A DNA stretch of 64,000 bases from Burkholderiales bacterium (GCA_036555245.1 DATBLP010000008.1:5403-69402); one strand, 5' to 3'. Shown: positions 1-10,250, counted from the stretch's first letter. The notes: a model not told the origin generated them from the sequence alone. Numbers and translations are program-made.

Positions 1-1
1 G

Positions 2-598
2 CTCACGGTGCGCAAGTCCGCCAACGGCTTCCTGTCGGTCAACGGCACGCCGACCGACTGCGTGCATCTCGCCGTCACCGGGCTGCTGGACGATCTCCCC
101 GACATGGTGATCTCGGGCATCAATCTCGGCGCCAACATGGGCGACGACACGATCTATTCGGGCACCGTTGCGGCCGCTACTGAAGGCTATCTGCTCGGCA
201 TCCCGTCGCTTGCGATTTCGCTCGCCAGCAAGGCCGGCAGGCACTACGAAACGGCAGCCCGCGTCGCCGCAGAGCTGGTGACGAGATTTCAAAAACAGCC
301 GCCGCCTGAGCCGGTATTGCTCAATGTCAACGTGCCCGACGTTCCCTACGAAAGCCTCAAGGGCTTCGAGATCACGCGGCTCGGAAGGCGCCACAAGGCG
401 GAGCCGGTCATCAAGACGAAGACGCCACGCAACGAAATCGTGTACTGGGTCGGCGCGGCCGGGCCGGCGCAGGACGCGGGCTCGGGAACCGATTTCCACG
501 CTCTGGCCGCGGAGCGAGTGTCGCTGACCCCGCTGCAGATGGATCTCACCCACCAGCAGCAGATCGCGATGGTCAAGGCGTGGTGGATGGCGGCATGA
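2..598 (+). CDS. surE: 5'/3'-nucleotidase SurE (N-terminus outside window)
   Basis: ORF 8..598 stays open to the window edge. Motif [24 protein letters not shown] is SurE-like. It is followed by pcm and nlpD, as in the conserved surE-pcm-nlpD cluster. Confidence 0.9.
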   Translation, partial: LTVRKSANGFLSVNGTPTDCVHLAVTGLLDDLPDMVISGINLGANMGDDTIYSGTVAAATEGYLLGIPSLAISLASKAGRHYETAARVAAELVTRFQKQPPPEPVLLNVNVPDVPYESLKGFEITRLGRRHKAEPVIKTKTPRNEIVYWVGAAGPAQDAGSGTDFHALAAERVSLTPLQMDLTHQQQIAMVKAWWMAA

Positions 599-728
599 GC
601 AGGGAGCAGGGGCCGCTGAAGGGCGGAAGAGGGGCTCCAGCGTACGCTGGGGATCTGATCCAGAAAGCGAATGCCGCCGGCCGCCGACAGCTCGGTGGAA
701 GCGCGGATCGTGGTCGTCCGGGGGCGGG

Positions 729-1388
729 ATGATGCCTTCGAAAGCGCGCGGGATCGGCATGACCTCGCAACGCACGCGCGAACGCATGGTGGCGAGGCTG
801 CGCGACAAGGGAATCAAGGACGAAGCCGTGCTCGAAGCGATGGCCGCGGCTCCCCGCCACATCTTCATCGAGGAGGCGCTCGCCAGCCGCGCCTACGAGG
901 ACACGGCGCTCCCGATCGGCTTCGAGCAAACGATCTCGCAGCCTTTCATCGTCGCGCGCATGCTGGAGGCGCTGCGCGGCGGAAGGAAACTCGGCCGCGT
1001 TCTCGAGGTCGGAACGGGATGCGGCTACCAGGCGGCGCTGCTGGCGCGACTTGCGGCGCAGGTGTATTCCGTCGAGCGCATTGCAGCATTGCTTGAAAAG
1101 GCGCGTGCCAATCTGCGATCGCTGCGGCTGCCGAACCTGCGGCTGGTTTACGGGGACGGCGCGAATGGCGTGCCCGAGGCAGCCCCGTTCGACGGCATCA
1201 TCGCAGCAGCGGCGATGCCGAAGATCCCCGACGCGCTTTTGCAGCAGCTTGCGCCGGGTGGCAAAATAATCGCCCCACTCGGAAGCGGGGAGCAGGTGTT
1301 GTGCGTGGTCGAGCGAACCCCGACTGGATTGATCGAAAAATGCCTGGACGCAGTGCATTTTGTGCCGTTGAGAAACGGCAGGCAGTGA
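729..1388 (+). CDS. pcm: protein-L-isoaspartate O-methyltransferase
   Basis: ORF 729..1388. N-terminus [14 protein letters not shown] and AdoMet motif [13 protein letters not shown]. Lies between surE and nlpD. Confidence 0.9.
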   Translation: MMPSKARGIGMTSQRTRERMVARLRDKGIKDEAVLEAMAAAPRHIFIEEALASRAYEDTALPIGFEQTISQPFIVARMLEALRGGRKLGRVLEVGTGCGYQAALLARLAAQVYSVERIAALLEKARANLRSLRLPNLRLVYGDGANGVPEAAPFDGIIAAAAMPKIPDALLQQLAPGGKIIAPLGSGEQVLCVVERTPTGLIEKCLDAVHFVPLRNGRQ

Positions 1389-2377
1389 GACCGCTTGGCG
1401 CTGGGGTCGCGGCGATCGCCGTCGCGCTCCTTGCCGGCTGCGCGAGTTCGTACCAGGCGCCGGTGGTCGAGCGGCCGGTCACGCGCCCGGGCGCGGCGAA
1501 ACCTCCTTCTGCGGCGGTGCTCCCCGCCGAGAAGCGTGCCGACAGCTACACGGTGAAGCGCGGCGACACGCTTTACAGCATCGCCCTCGACCACGGTCTC
1601 GACTACCGAGAACTCGCCGCGTGGAACGGCATCACCGATCCTTCGCTTCTGCAGTTGGGGCAGGTGCTTCACATGCGGCCTCCCGAGCAGGCGGCGGTGC
1701 AGGCGCGGCCGGAAGCGGACGTGCGTGTGCAGCCTGCGTCCACGCCCGGTTCCGTGGAGACGCGTCCATTGGGCGGCGAGGCGCCACGGCCGGTGCCCGC
1801 GGAAGCGCCGCGCCCGCCGTTCGCGGAGATGCCGCGGCCGGGAGGCGGGCCTCTGATGACTTCGCCCAAGGCGATGAAGCTTCCGTATTCGGATCAGAAT
1901 CTTGCGCTGCTCCAGCGCATGCAGCCGTCCTCGGCACTGCCCAAATCCGACACCCCGGCGCCGCCTTCCCAGAAGCCGGAAGGCGGCAATGATCCCGACG
2001 CCATAGCGTGGATGTGGCCGGCCTCAGGCCGCGTACTGGCAGGATATTCCGAGGCGACGAACAAGGGCGTCGATATTGTCGGCAAGGTCGGCGACCCCGT
2101 GTTCGCCTCCGCCGGGGGGCGCGTCGTCTACAGCGGAGTGGGATTGCGGGGCTACGGGAAGCTCGTGATCATCAAGCACAACCAGACCTATCTTTCCGCT
2201 TACGCCCATAACAGCACCATCCTGGTAAAGGAAGGGCAGAACGTGGCGCGAGGCCAGAAGATCGCCGAGATCGGAAACTCGGATTCGCCGCAGACCAAGC
2301 TGCATTTCGAAATCCGGCGTCTCGGCAAGCCGGTCGATCCGCTGAAATACCTGCCTGAGCGGCCGCCCTCGTCGTGA
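1385..2377 (+). CDS. nlpD: LysM/M23-peptidase lipoprotein NlpD
   Basis: Inside ORF 1301..2377. GTG at 1385 overlaps the pcm stop (GTGA) and gives lipobox signal [19 protein letters not shown]. LysM ([13 protein letters not shown]) and M23 C-terminus (GKLVIIKHN...KLHFEIR). Confidence 0.85.
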   Translation: MRPLGAGVAAIAVALLAGCASSYQAPVVERPVTRPGAAKPPSAAVLPAEKRADSYTVKRGDTLYSIALDHGLDYRELAAWNGITDPSLLQLGQVLHMRPPEQAAVQARPEADVRVQPASTPGSVETRPLGGEAPRPVPAEAPRPPFAEMPRPGGGPLMTSPKAMKLPYSDQNLALLQRMQPSSALPKSDTPAPPSQKPEGGNDPDAIAWMWPASGRVLAGYSEATNKGVDIVGKVGDPVFASAGGRVVYSGVGLRGYGKLVIIKHNQTYLSAYAHNSTILVKEGQNVARGQKIAEIGNSDSPQTKLHFEIRRLGKPVDPLKYLPERPPSS

Positions 2378-2414
2378 GCGCGCGTCGGACGGCGCAGCAG
2401 GGGGACGGACCCCC

Positions 2415-3353
2415 TCAGTGCGGGGACGACGTCATCGTGGTGGGGGGCTGACGCTTCAGGACGGTGAGGTCGCCTTCCTCGGCGATCGACCGCGCGAACT
2501 CGATGTTCTTCTTCAACTCCTCCAGGTACAGGTGCCGTCCGCCGAAATGGTCGCTCGCGTACTTGTGCGTCCCGCCCAGGTCCGCGTCCAGACGTTGCGA
2601 CGCACTCTGGTAGAAGCGCGGGGTCTTCTTCACCAGATCCTGCCCGGATTCATACACCAGCTCTTCCCTTCCGTCGGGAAGGCGCTTGCGGGCGATTCCG
2701 GCGGCGACGAACTCCGGATAGAGCCGATCGCGGCATTTCTCCAGGTAGCAGCGATCCGACATCTGCGCAATGATGTCCGCCGAGCCGAGCAGGCTGCCGA
2801 GCAGCTTGTACGAGAGGGACGGAACCCTGATCTGCGACACGGGAATTTCGTAGCCGGTGAAGTGGATCAGCGACGCGGCGATGTCCGCGACGTCGGCCAT
2901 GCCGATCGTCGGTAGGTAATTGCGGAGGAAGCGCGCACCGCGCGAAACGTGGATCAGGGTCAGCTCGCCGCCGTTCCTGTGGCGCGTGTCGTCCAGAGTC
3001 CTGATATAGCCGCAGTCGTGGAACAGCGCGGTGATCACGCCAAGCCGGAACATAGCGGCGTCTAGCGATTCCTTGCCGATTCTGGCGCGCTCGTAGCCGT
3101 CGATCAACCGCGCCGTGGCGAGCGTGACGTCAAGCACGTGCTGGATGTCGTGGTAGGCGGTGTCGCAGGCGTGGTAACCGGGGAGCGTTCCGCGGTAGAG
3201 CGCGCTGAGGTCCCTGAAGGCGCGGTCAAGCTGCGAGGCCGATGCCCCGGGATACAGGTCGAGGTAGATGCGGTTGACTTCCGCGCTGACGACCCCGGGA
3301 TCGGTGGTGTTGACCCGGCAGGAAACGTCGTACTCGTTGCCGCGGCTGCTCAC
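2415..3353 (-). CDS. HD-domain protein, function unknown
   Basis: ORF 2415..3353. Contains YHDIQHVLDV and the metal-binding-type motif ALFHDCGY. No other family recognised. Confidence 0.6.
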   Translation of the reverse strand: MSSRGNEYDVSCRVNTTDPGVVSAEVNRIYLDLYPGASASQLDRAFRDLSALYRGTLPGYHACDTAYHDIQHVLDVTLATARLIDGYERARIGKESLDAAMFRLGVITALFHDCGYIRTLDDTRHRNGGELTLIHVSRGARFLRNYLPTIGMADVADIAASLIHFTGYEIPVSQIRVPSLSYKLLGSLLGSADIIAQMSDRCYLEKCRDRLYPEFVAAGIARKRLPDGREELVYESGQDLVKKTPRFYQSASQRLDADLGGTHKYASDHFGGRHLYLEELKKNIEFARSIAEEGDLTVLKRQPPTTMTSSPH

Positions 3354-3462
3354 TCCGACTCCCCCTGAATCAAATCAAACTCATTCTACGCCCGATTTCC
3401 GGACACCGGCCACCCCGCGTCAGGGCTCCCACGATTCGAGTTGCTCGCCCGGAAGGGCGGGT

Positions 3463-4170
3463 TCATGTCTTGAGCGTAAACGGATTGAAGTCGGTGTTCC
3501 TGTCGTAGTAGTCCTCGTTCTCGGCGCGTTTCAGCCATCCGACGACCTTGTAAGTGAGCGGTGTGAAGACAACTTCGACGCCGACTTTGGAGAGAAACTG
3601 TACGAGCATGATCTGGGCCAGACGTTCGTCCGGAATGAGACCGCTTCCCCAGAATGCAAGCGGATAGAAGAGCAGCGAATCGACGCCTTCGCCGAAAATC
3701 GTCGAGCCGATGGTCCGGGTCCACAGCCAGCGACCGCTGGTCCAGATCTTCATCTTTGCCAGAACGTAGGAGTTGACGAACTCTCCGCACAGAAACGCGA
3801 TCAGGGAGGCGAGCGCGATGCGCCAAGTTGATCCGAAGGCGATCTCGTAGGCCTCCTGGTTCTTCCAGAAAGGCGCCGGAGGAAGCGCAACCACGGTCCA
3901 GGCCATCACCGCGGCAAACGCGAGGCCGCCGAAGCCCGCCCAGATGACCCGGCGCGACCGGGCGTAGCCGTATACCTCGGTGAGGACATCGCCGAACACA
4001 TAGGAGATCGGGAAGAACAGCACGCCCGCGCCGGGCGTGATCTCTCCGATCAGCGGCAATTCGAGGTGCCAGATCTTCGCGGGCCCGATAAGGTTCGAGC
4101 AGATCAGCACGGTGACAAATGCCGCCATCACGAACTCGTAGTACCGGTATTGCCGCGGGCTGGAGCTCAA
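3463..4170 (-). CDS. yhhQ: queuosine-precursor transporter (YhhQ/DUF165 family)
   Basis: ORF 3463..4170. Multi-TM protein with FFPISYVFGDVLTEVYGY motif typical of YhhQ. Start overlaps the mltB stop by 4 nt. Confidence 0.8.
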   Translation of the reverse strand: MSSSPRQYRYYEFVMAAFVTVLICSNLIGPAKIWHLELPLIGEITPGAGVLFFPISYVFGDVLTEVYGYARSRRVIWAGFGGLAFAAVMAWTVVALPPAPFWKNQEAYEIAFGSTWRIALASLIAFLCGEFVNSYVLAKMKIWTSGRWLWTRTIGSTIFGEGVDSLLFYPLAFWGSGLIPDERLAQIMLVQFLSKVGVEVVFTPLTYKVVGWLKRAENEDYYDRNTDFNPFTLKT

Positions 4171-5210
4171 GAATTCCCCTTGCCCGGAGCGGGCGGCGGC
4201 GTCGACCTCGCCCGCGCCAATTCGGCGGCGAGGTCGAGCACCGCTGCGGCGTAGAGATTGGCTCGGTTGTAGCGCGTCAACACGAAGAAGTTCTGAAGCG
4301 TGACGCGGACTTCAGCGGGCTGGCCCGGCGTATCCAGCTCGATCAGCGCGCACAGACTATCCGGTGGCAGGGAGAAACCGGGCCTGACTCCGAAGCTTTC
4401 CAGATCGGCGGCGCGGACGGTCGGGACGACGCCCGCGTTGAGCAGCTTTCTCCAGCCGTCCCCAGAGACTTCGGCGATCGCGGCGATGGGCGCCCCCCGC
4501 GTCCAGCCATGAGCTTTCAGGAAGTTGCCGATGCTGCCGATGGCATCGGCAGCGCTCGTGGCGAGATTCGCCACGCCATCGCCGTCGTAGTCGACCGCGA
4601 AGCGTCGGTAGGTGCCGGGCATGAACTGCGGGATGCCGATCGCGCCGGCATAGGAGCCCTTAACGCGCAGCGGATCGATGCGCGCCTGCCGCGTGAAGAC
4701 AAGGTAGTTCTCCAGCTCGGCGCGAAAGAATTCGGCGCGCTTCGGATAATCGAATGCGAGCGTCGCGAGCGCGTCGATTGTGCGGTAGGTGCCGATGTTG
4801 CGTCCGTAGATCGTCTCCACGCCGATGATGGCGACGATGATCTCGGCGGGGACGCCGAACTCATCGGCAGCGCGCGCAAGCGGATCCGCGTTCAGGGTCC
4901 AGAACTGCACGCCCGCTTCCAGGCGTTGCGGGCTGATGAATATCGAGCGGTACGCCTGCCAGGACGCGATCGTGGTTTCCACCGGCTGCGTGATCGCCTT
5001 GATGATCGCCGGCTGAAACTGGGCCTGACTGAATATGCGGTTGAGGTCTCTCTTGACGAATGCGTGTTTCTTCACCATTTCGCCGATGAATTGCCTGACC
5101 TCACTGCGCTGCAGATAGCCTGAAGGCTCCGCGGCGGCCTGATGCGCAAGCAGCGTGAGTGCCGCGGCCAGTGCGATGCCCGGCAGATGTGCCAGACCGC
5201 GGGCCCTCAC
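4167..5210 (-). CDS. mltB: lytic murein transglycosylase B-like
   Basis: ORF 4167..5210. Signal peptide, then GVETIYGRNIGTYRTIDALATLAFDYPKRAEFF and IPQFMPGTY motifs of MltB-family transglycosylases. Confidence 0.85.
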   Translation of the reverse strand: MRARGLAHLPGIALAAALTLLAHQAAAEPSGYLQRSEVRQFIGEMVKKHAFVKRDLNRIFSQAQFQPAIIKAITQPVETTIASWQAYRSIFISPQRLEAGVQFWTLNADPLARAADEFGVPAEIIVAIIGVETIYGRNIGTYRTIDALATLAFDYPKRAEFFRAELENYLVFTRQARIDPLRVKGSYAGAIGIPQFMPGTYRRFAVDYDGDGVANLATSAADAIGSIGNFLKAHGWTRGAPIAAIAEVSGDGWRKLLNAGVVPTVRAADLESFGVRPGFSLPPDSLCALIELDTPGQPAEVRVTLQNFFVLTRYNRANLYAAAVLDLAAELARARSTPPPAPGKGNS

Positions 5211-7159
5211 GGCTTGAACTGCCGCACCAGCTGCTTCAAGCGGGCGAGCGAATGCCGTTCACCGCGCGACCCATAGCGCAATTCGACGTAGAGCTGGACG
5301 ATCGCACGCACCGCGGGCGCGCGTCCCGGGAGCCGTCGCGCGAGCCTCCCCGCGTAGTCGAGGGGTCCTTCGGCGCCGTCGCGCGCGAGTCCTGCACGGG
5401 CGAGTTTTTGGCAGAAGCGCAGCCACGCGCCCTGCACGGGGTCCACGCGCCGAATGCCGCGGAGCAGCCACAGCGCGATCAGAAGAAGCACGCCCGCCAC
5501 GCTCCAGAACAGCATCATGGCCATCGTCTGCCAGCTCGGCTGCTGCACGCCGAGCCAGGAGAGGATCTCGCGCTGCCGGTCGGGGTTGTAGCCGAGCACC
5601 CACTGGTTCCACTTGTTGGCGAGCGCTTCCCAGTTGTTGCGCAGGGCCTTCAGCCAGTCGATGTTGGTGCGAAGCAGAAGCGGCAGCGCGGCTGCTCCGC
5701 GCGCCGCCGCGGCGACGCCGGATTCGACGCGGATCGGAAAGGCGGCCGCGGTCGGGTCGACGCGCGTCCAACCGTCTTGCGAGAGCCAGACCTCCGCCCA
5801 CGCATGGGCGTCTGCCTGGCGCACCACCATGTAGTCGTCCACCGGATTCATGTCGCCGCCCTGATAGCCCGTGACCACCCGCGCGGGGATGCCTGCCGCG
5901 CGCATGAGGAAGACGAAGCTCGCGGCGAAGTGCTCGCAGAAACCCTGCTTGGTATCGAAAAGGAATTCGTCCACCGAGTTCGTGCCGAGGAGGGGCGGGA
6001 GCAGAGTGTACTCGAAGCGGCTGGCGCGGAAGAAATCGATACCTTTCCCGACGATCGCCGCGTCGTTGCCGAGGGACTGCCGCCACTCACCCGCAAGCGC
6101 GCGCGCCCTGGGATTGGAGTCTCGGGGGAGCCTGAGCTCGAGAGCGAGATCCCTTGCGTCAGCGCCCGCGGTCGCCCGATAGTCGAGATAGGAACGGGCT
6201 TCATAGCGGATGCGGCTGCGCACAGGTGGCAGGGAGAGCACGAGGTAATCCGATGTTTCCCGCGCATTCGGGGGAATGCGCCCCGGCATCTCCAGGGTGA
6301 ACAACCAGTTGCGGTTGTGCGGCTCGAGAGTCACTTCATAGTCGATCGGCGCACCACGCACCTCAAGCAGCGACTCGCGGTGCAAGCGCGGAAACCCGGC
6401 GCGCCAGGTCTTGCCGTCGAATTCCGACAGCACGGGCCCGCGCCAGTACAGGCGGTTTCGCGGGGGCGCTGCTCCGTGGAACTTCACCCTGAATGCGATC
6501 GCATCGGAAGTCGAAAGCTGGCTGATCGAACCCGGCGACATCGTGTCGGACAGCCCGGTAATGCCGGAATAGGCGTCCTGGGGCAGTCCCCAAAGGGGAC
6601 CCTGCACGCGCGGAAACAGGAAGAACAGCAGCAGCATCACCGGGCCGGCCTCGATGAGCATGCGGCCGGCGGTGTTCAGGTTGTCGGCGATCGGACGCGC
6701 CGGGGCACTGAAACCGACCAGCGCCGCGGTGTTGATGAGTACGGTCACAAGCATCCACCCCGCGGTCTGCATGCTCTGCGAGTAGAAGAAGCCGGCGAGC
6801 GCGACGAAGTAGACGAGGAAGGCCGCAATGAAGATATCCCGCCGCGAGCGCGACTCCAGCAGCTTGAGGGAGAGCAGCAGCACGATGAGCGTCACGCCCG
6901 CGTCCCGGCCCATGATCGTGCGATAGGAGAGGTAGACGCCGACCGCGGCGACTGCAGTGACCAGCGCGAGCAGCCAGCGCGCCGGGAGAGCGCCGCCGCG
7001 CACTGCAAGCCCGAACCGCCACACGAGCAATCCGCCCGCTACGCCGTCGACCCACCAAGGCAGCCAGAGCGCATGCGGCGCGATCGTCAACACCGCGCCC
7101 GCGAACAGCAGCATCAACGGCGCGAGCGGCAGCGTGTTCGCCGGGGTTGCGCTAGGCAT
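5207..7159 (-). CDS. membrane transglutaminase-like protein (TgpA/DUF3488 type)
   Basis: ORF 5207..7159. N-terminal multi-TM region and transglutaminase core FCEHFAASFVFLMRAAGIPARVVTGYQGG...HAWAEVW. Follows DUF58 and MoxR. Confidence 0.8.
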   Translation of the reverse strand: MPSATPANTLPLAPLMLLFAGAVLTIAPHALWLPWWVDGVAGGLLVWRFGLAVRGGALPARWLLALVTAVAAVGVYLSYRTIMGRDAGVTLIVLLLSLKLLESRSRRDIFIAAFLVYFVALAGFFYSQSMQTAGWMLVTVLINTAALVGFSAPARPIADNLNTAGRMLIEAGPVMLLLFFLFPRVQGPLWGLPQDAYSGITGLSDTMSPGSISQLSTSDAIAFRVKFHGAAPPRNRLYWRGPVLSEFDGKTWRAGFPRLHRESLLEVRGAPIDYEVTLEPHNRNWLFTLEMPGRIPPNARETSDYLVLSLPPVRSRIRYEARSYLDYRATAGADARDLALELRLPRDSNPRARALAGEWRQSLGNDAAIVGKGIDFFRASRFEYTLLPPLLGTNSVDEFLFDTKQGFCEHFAASFVFLMRAAGIPARVVTGYQGGDMNPVDDYMVVRQADAHAWAEVWLSQDGWTRVDPTAAAFPIRVESGVAAAARGAAALPLLLRTNIDWLKALRNNWEALANKWNQWVLGYNPDRQREILSWLGVQQPSWQTMAMMLFWSVAGVLLLIALWLLRGIRRVDPVQGAWLRFCQKLARAGLARDGAEGPLDYAGRLARRLPGRAPAVRAIVQLYVELRYGSRGERHSLARLKQLVRQFKP

Positions 7160-8150
7160 GGATGTGCCGCCCGTCGACCTCGGGAACGCGAAATAGCGCG
7201 AGCTCCCTCAGGCAGCGGTCCCGCTGCGCGGATCCTCCCCCGAGCGGGACGCCGGCGTCGGGAAGCTTCAGTCCGTAGCGCAGTCCCTGGTCTTCGGCGA
7301 GCAGCACCCAGCGCGCAAGGCGCGACAAACGTGCCTCGGTATTCATGTCGGGAGGAAGCTGTTCCCAGTCGAACCACAGCTCGGCCGCGGCTTGCCCTGC
7401 GAAGAATTTCGTAAGCAGGGATTCGTTTCGAGCAGAGGCTTTCCAGGCGATGTGGCGCGGCGAGTCGCTTGCCTGATAAGGCCGCAGGCCCGCGAAGTCG
7501 TCCGTCCCTGCACCCGCTGAGAACACCTCGCCCGCGTCGGGAACCGGGACCGTCATGGGCAGCGAAGATGAGTCGGGGCGCGGATAGACGAGTGCCCGCA
7601 TATCGGGCTGGACATAGCTCCAGGCGCGCATCAGCCCGAGGGGAAAACGGGTTTCCACTGTTATCCGCTCGAGCTGCAGCCAGCCGCGGCGTTCGGCCAC
7701 GAGGGGCACCAGCACCGCGCTTATCCTGCGTGCAGGGACATCGCAGGTCACGGTAGCCCCACGGCAACGCAAATCGAGTGAATGCCGGTCGAAATCGCTC
7801 CGACTTTCCAGAAACAGCTCGAAATGCGCCGAGTCACCGGCGAAAATGGGCGCGACGCGTCCGGCGCTCACGTAGAGATGCGCGAGATTGCGGAACGTGT
7901 GCAGGATGGAGACCACGCCCATCCCCCCGAGCAGGAAGGTGAGGATGTAGCCGAGGCTCAGGCTGTAGTTGATCGACCCGACGAGCATCAGGACGAGCAC
8001 GCACCCGAAGGTGATGCCGGGGCGCGTCGGCAGTATGTAGACGCGACGCTGGCTGAGAAATACCACGCCCGGCTCGGGTGCATGGCGCTTTCGCACCCAT
8101 TGATAGAAATTGTAGGCCTGCGAGTATTGCAGGACCCGGTCGAGCTTCAC
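7152..8150 (-). CDS. DUF58 domain protein
   Basis: ORF 7152..8150. Two N-terminal TM helices and the GTDDFAGLRPYQASDSPRHIAWKASAR motif typical of DUF58 partners of MoxR. Confidence 0.8.
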   Translation of the reverse strand: MKLDRVLQYSQAYNFYQWVRKRHAPEPGVVFLSQRRVYILPTRPGITFGCVLVLMLVGSINYSLSLGYILTFLLGGMGVVSILHTFRNLAHLYVSAGRVAPIFAGDSAHFELFLESRSDFDRHSLDLRCRGATVTCDVPARRISAVLVPLVAERRGWLQLERITVETRFPLGLMRAWSYVQPDMRALVYPRPDSSSLPMTVPVPDAGEVFSAGAGTDDFAGLRPYQASDSPRHIAWKASARNESLLTKFFAGQAAAELWFDWEQLPPDMNTEARLSRLARWVLLAEDQGLRYGLKLPDAGVPLGGGSAQRDRCLRELALFRVPEVDGRHIHA

Positions 8151-8157
8151 GGCCGCA

Positions 8158-9078
8158 TCACGGAATAGGCACTGCGGAAATCAGGCCGTTCGCCTTGTCG
8201 ATGCTCGACTGGCGCGCGCCGTCGTGCGCTGGCCGCAGGCGATGGCCCGCGACGCCCGGGAGCACCGCCTGCACGTCCTCCGGCACAACCTTGTCGCGGT
8301 TTTCGAGCAGCGCCCAGGCGCGCGCAGCGTGCAGCAGCCCGAGCGCGGCGCGCGGAGACAGTCCGGTGGTGTACTCCGGGGAGCGCCGCGAGTGCTCCAC
8401 GAGCGCCTGGATGTAGTCGAGGAGCGGGCCGGAGGCATGCACGGTCTTCGCCATCGATTGCAGGTTCATGAGATCTCCGGGCGCGAGGCACGCATCCATG
8501 CCGGCGATCATTTCGCGGCGATCGGCGCCCTGCAGCAGCGCGCGCTCCGCGTCGCGATCCGGATAGCCCAGATCGATGCGCATGAGGAAGCGGTCGAGTT
8601 GCGACTCGGGCAAGGGAAACGTTCCGACCAGGTGCGAGGGATTCTGCGTCGCCACGACGAAAAACGGCTCGGGCAGGCGGCGCGTCCCCCCTTCGGAGGT
8701 GATCTGATGCTCCTCCATCGCCTCGAGCAGCGCCGACTGCGTCTTGGGCGTAGCGCGGTTCACCTCGTCGGCGAGGATCAGCTGCGCGAAGATCGGGCCC
8801 GCGTGAAACTTGAACGTGCCGCTGTCCCTCTCGTAGACCGACACGCCAATGATATCGGCGGGCAGCATGTCGCTGGTGAACTGGATGCGGTGGAAGTTGA
8901 GTCCAAGCAGCTTCGCGAGGACCTGTGCGAGCGTCGTCTTGCCGACGCCCGGCAGATCTTCGATCAACAAATGGCCGCGCGCGAGCAGGCAGGCGAGCGC
9001 GAGACGGATCTGCCGCTCCTTGCCGAGAATTATCCTGCCTGCCTCCTCTATGACGCCCTGGATCAGGGAAACCTGCAT
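8158..9078 (-). CDS. MoxR-family AAA+ ATPase
   Basis: ORF 8158..9078. Walker A GVGKTTLA, Walker B ILADEVNRA, and the MoxR-like VVATQNP stretch. Confidence 0.9.
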   Translation of the reverse strand: MQVSLIQGVIEEAGRIILGKERQIRLALACLLARGHLLIEDLPGVGKTTLAQVLAKLLGLNFHRIQFTSDMLPADIIGVSVYERDSGTFKFHAGPIFAQLILADEVNRATPKTQSALLEAMEEHQITSEGGTRRLPEPFFVVATQNPSHLVGTFPLPESQLDRFLMRIDLGYPDRDAERALLQGADRREMIAGMDACLAPGDLMNLQSMAKTVHASGPLLDYIQALVEHSRRSPEYTTGLSPRAALGLLHAARAWALLENRDKVVPEDVQAVLPGVAGHRLRPAHDGARQSSIDKANGLISAVPIP

Positions 9079-9120
9079 GCTGCTCGGTGATTCCGGATTG
9101 AAGCCAAGGTCGTAAGTTTA

Positions 9121-10083
9121 ATGGAAAGCCGCTATGATTTCGACGAAAGGATAGAGTACATTGTGACGGCTTTCATCACCCATCCCGACTGTGGGAAGCA
9201 CGACATGGGGCGCCATCATCCGGAATGCCCGGAGCGTCTTTCCGCGATCGAGGACCATCTCATCTCCTCGGGCATTTCCGGCCTCGTGGAACGCCACGAC
9301 GCGCCGGCGGCGAGGATCAGCGAACTCGCCCGCGTGCATCCACTCGAGTACATCGAAGGCATACGCGAGGCCGCGCCCGAGCACGGGATCGTGCACCTCG
9401 ATCCCGATACGGCCATGGGCCCGCACACCTGGGAGGCGGCGCTGCACGCCGCGGGCGCCGCGGTGCTCGCTACGGACCTCGTGCTCGGCGGGCGCGCGGA
9501 GAACGCCTTTTGCGCGGTGCGCCCACCCGGCCATCACGCCACGCGCACGCGCGCGATGGGATTTTGCCTCTTCAACAACGTCGCAGTCGCGGCCAAGCAC
9601 GCGCTCGAGCAGCACGGACTGGAGCGTGTCGCCATTATCGACTTCGATGTGCACCACGGGAACGGCACGGAAGACATATTCAGCGACGACGAGCGCGTGG
9701 TGATGGCGAGCATTTTCCAGCACCCGTTCTACCCCTACAGCGGCACCGAGGATCCGGCGCCCAACATGGCAAACGTGCCCCTGCCCGCGGGCTCCGACGG
9801 CAGGGCCTTGCGCGCAGCGGTGGAGAAGATCTGGATGCCGGCGCTCGACGATCTGGAGCCGCAGATGATTTTCGTCTCGGCGGGGTTCGACGCGCACGTC
9901 GAGGATGACATGGCGATGCTGCGCTTCACCGAGTCCGACTACAGCTGGGTCACCCAGCGCATCAAGGAGGTCGCGCACAAATACGCCGGGGGAAGGATCG
10001 TTTCGGTTCTCGAGGGAGGATATGCGCTTTCGGCCCTTGGCCGCAGCGTTGTAGCACACCTGAAGGTTCTTGGCGCCTCATAG
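9121..10083 (+). CDS. histone deacetylase-family (acetoin utilisation/deacetylase-like) protein
   Basis: ORF 9121..10083. Motifs RPPGHHA, DFDVHHGNGT and EGGY. The real start may be GTG 9163 (VTAFITHPDC), which follows an AGGA-like RBS. Confidence 0.85.
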   Translation: MESRYDFDERIEYIVTAFITHPDCGKHDMGRHHPECPERLSAIEDHLISSGISGLVERHDAPAARISELARVHPLEYIEGIREAAPEHGIVHLDPDTAMGPHTWEAALHAAGAAVLATDLVLGGRAENAFCAVRPPGHHATRTRAMGFCLFNNVAVAAKHALEQHGLERVAIIDFDVHHGNGTEDIFSDDERVVMASIFQHPFYPYSGTEDPAPNMANVPLPAGSDGRALRAAVEKIWMPALDDLEPQMIFVSAGFDAHVEDDMAMLRFTESDYSWVTQRIKEVAHKYAGGRIVSVLEGGYALSALGRSVVAHLKVLGAS

Positions 10084-10085
10084 GG

Positions 10086-10250
10086 CGTTTCGGATTCCTG
10101 CCCGGTCTGACGAGGCAGAAAGGAGTCGCGACCGTCGTTCAGGCCCCCGTGGCGAGCGCGGGGACGCCGGTGTCATTCGGACAGGACGGGGCGGGCGAGA
10201 TCTACGTTCTCAATGCGGCCAGCCAGGTGCTCAAAGTCGTGAGGCCGTGA
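10086..10250 (+). pseudogene. C-terminal remnant of a beta-propeller sugar-dehydrogenase-like gene (YliI-like tail)
   Basis: The frame ending at TGA 10248-10250 reads ...GTPVSFGQDGAGEIYVLNAASQVLKVVRP*. It has no ATG and no upstream body. The tail resembles the GPDG.LYVL......LLKV.P tail of soluble PQQ sugar dehydrogenases (from memory). Confidence 0.3.

Noticed and set aside
4167-4200. preQ1 riboswitch upstream of the yhhQ-like transporter
   Set aside because: The yhhQ start overlaps the mltB stop by 4 nt, so there is no leader in which a riboswitch could sit.
5159-7414. 751-aa plus-strand ORF
   Set aside because: It is antisense to the well-supported transglutaminase-like and DUF58 genes. 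It is Arg/Pro/Gly-rich with no motif, the typical shadow ORF of high-GC DNA.
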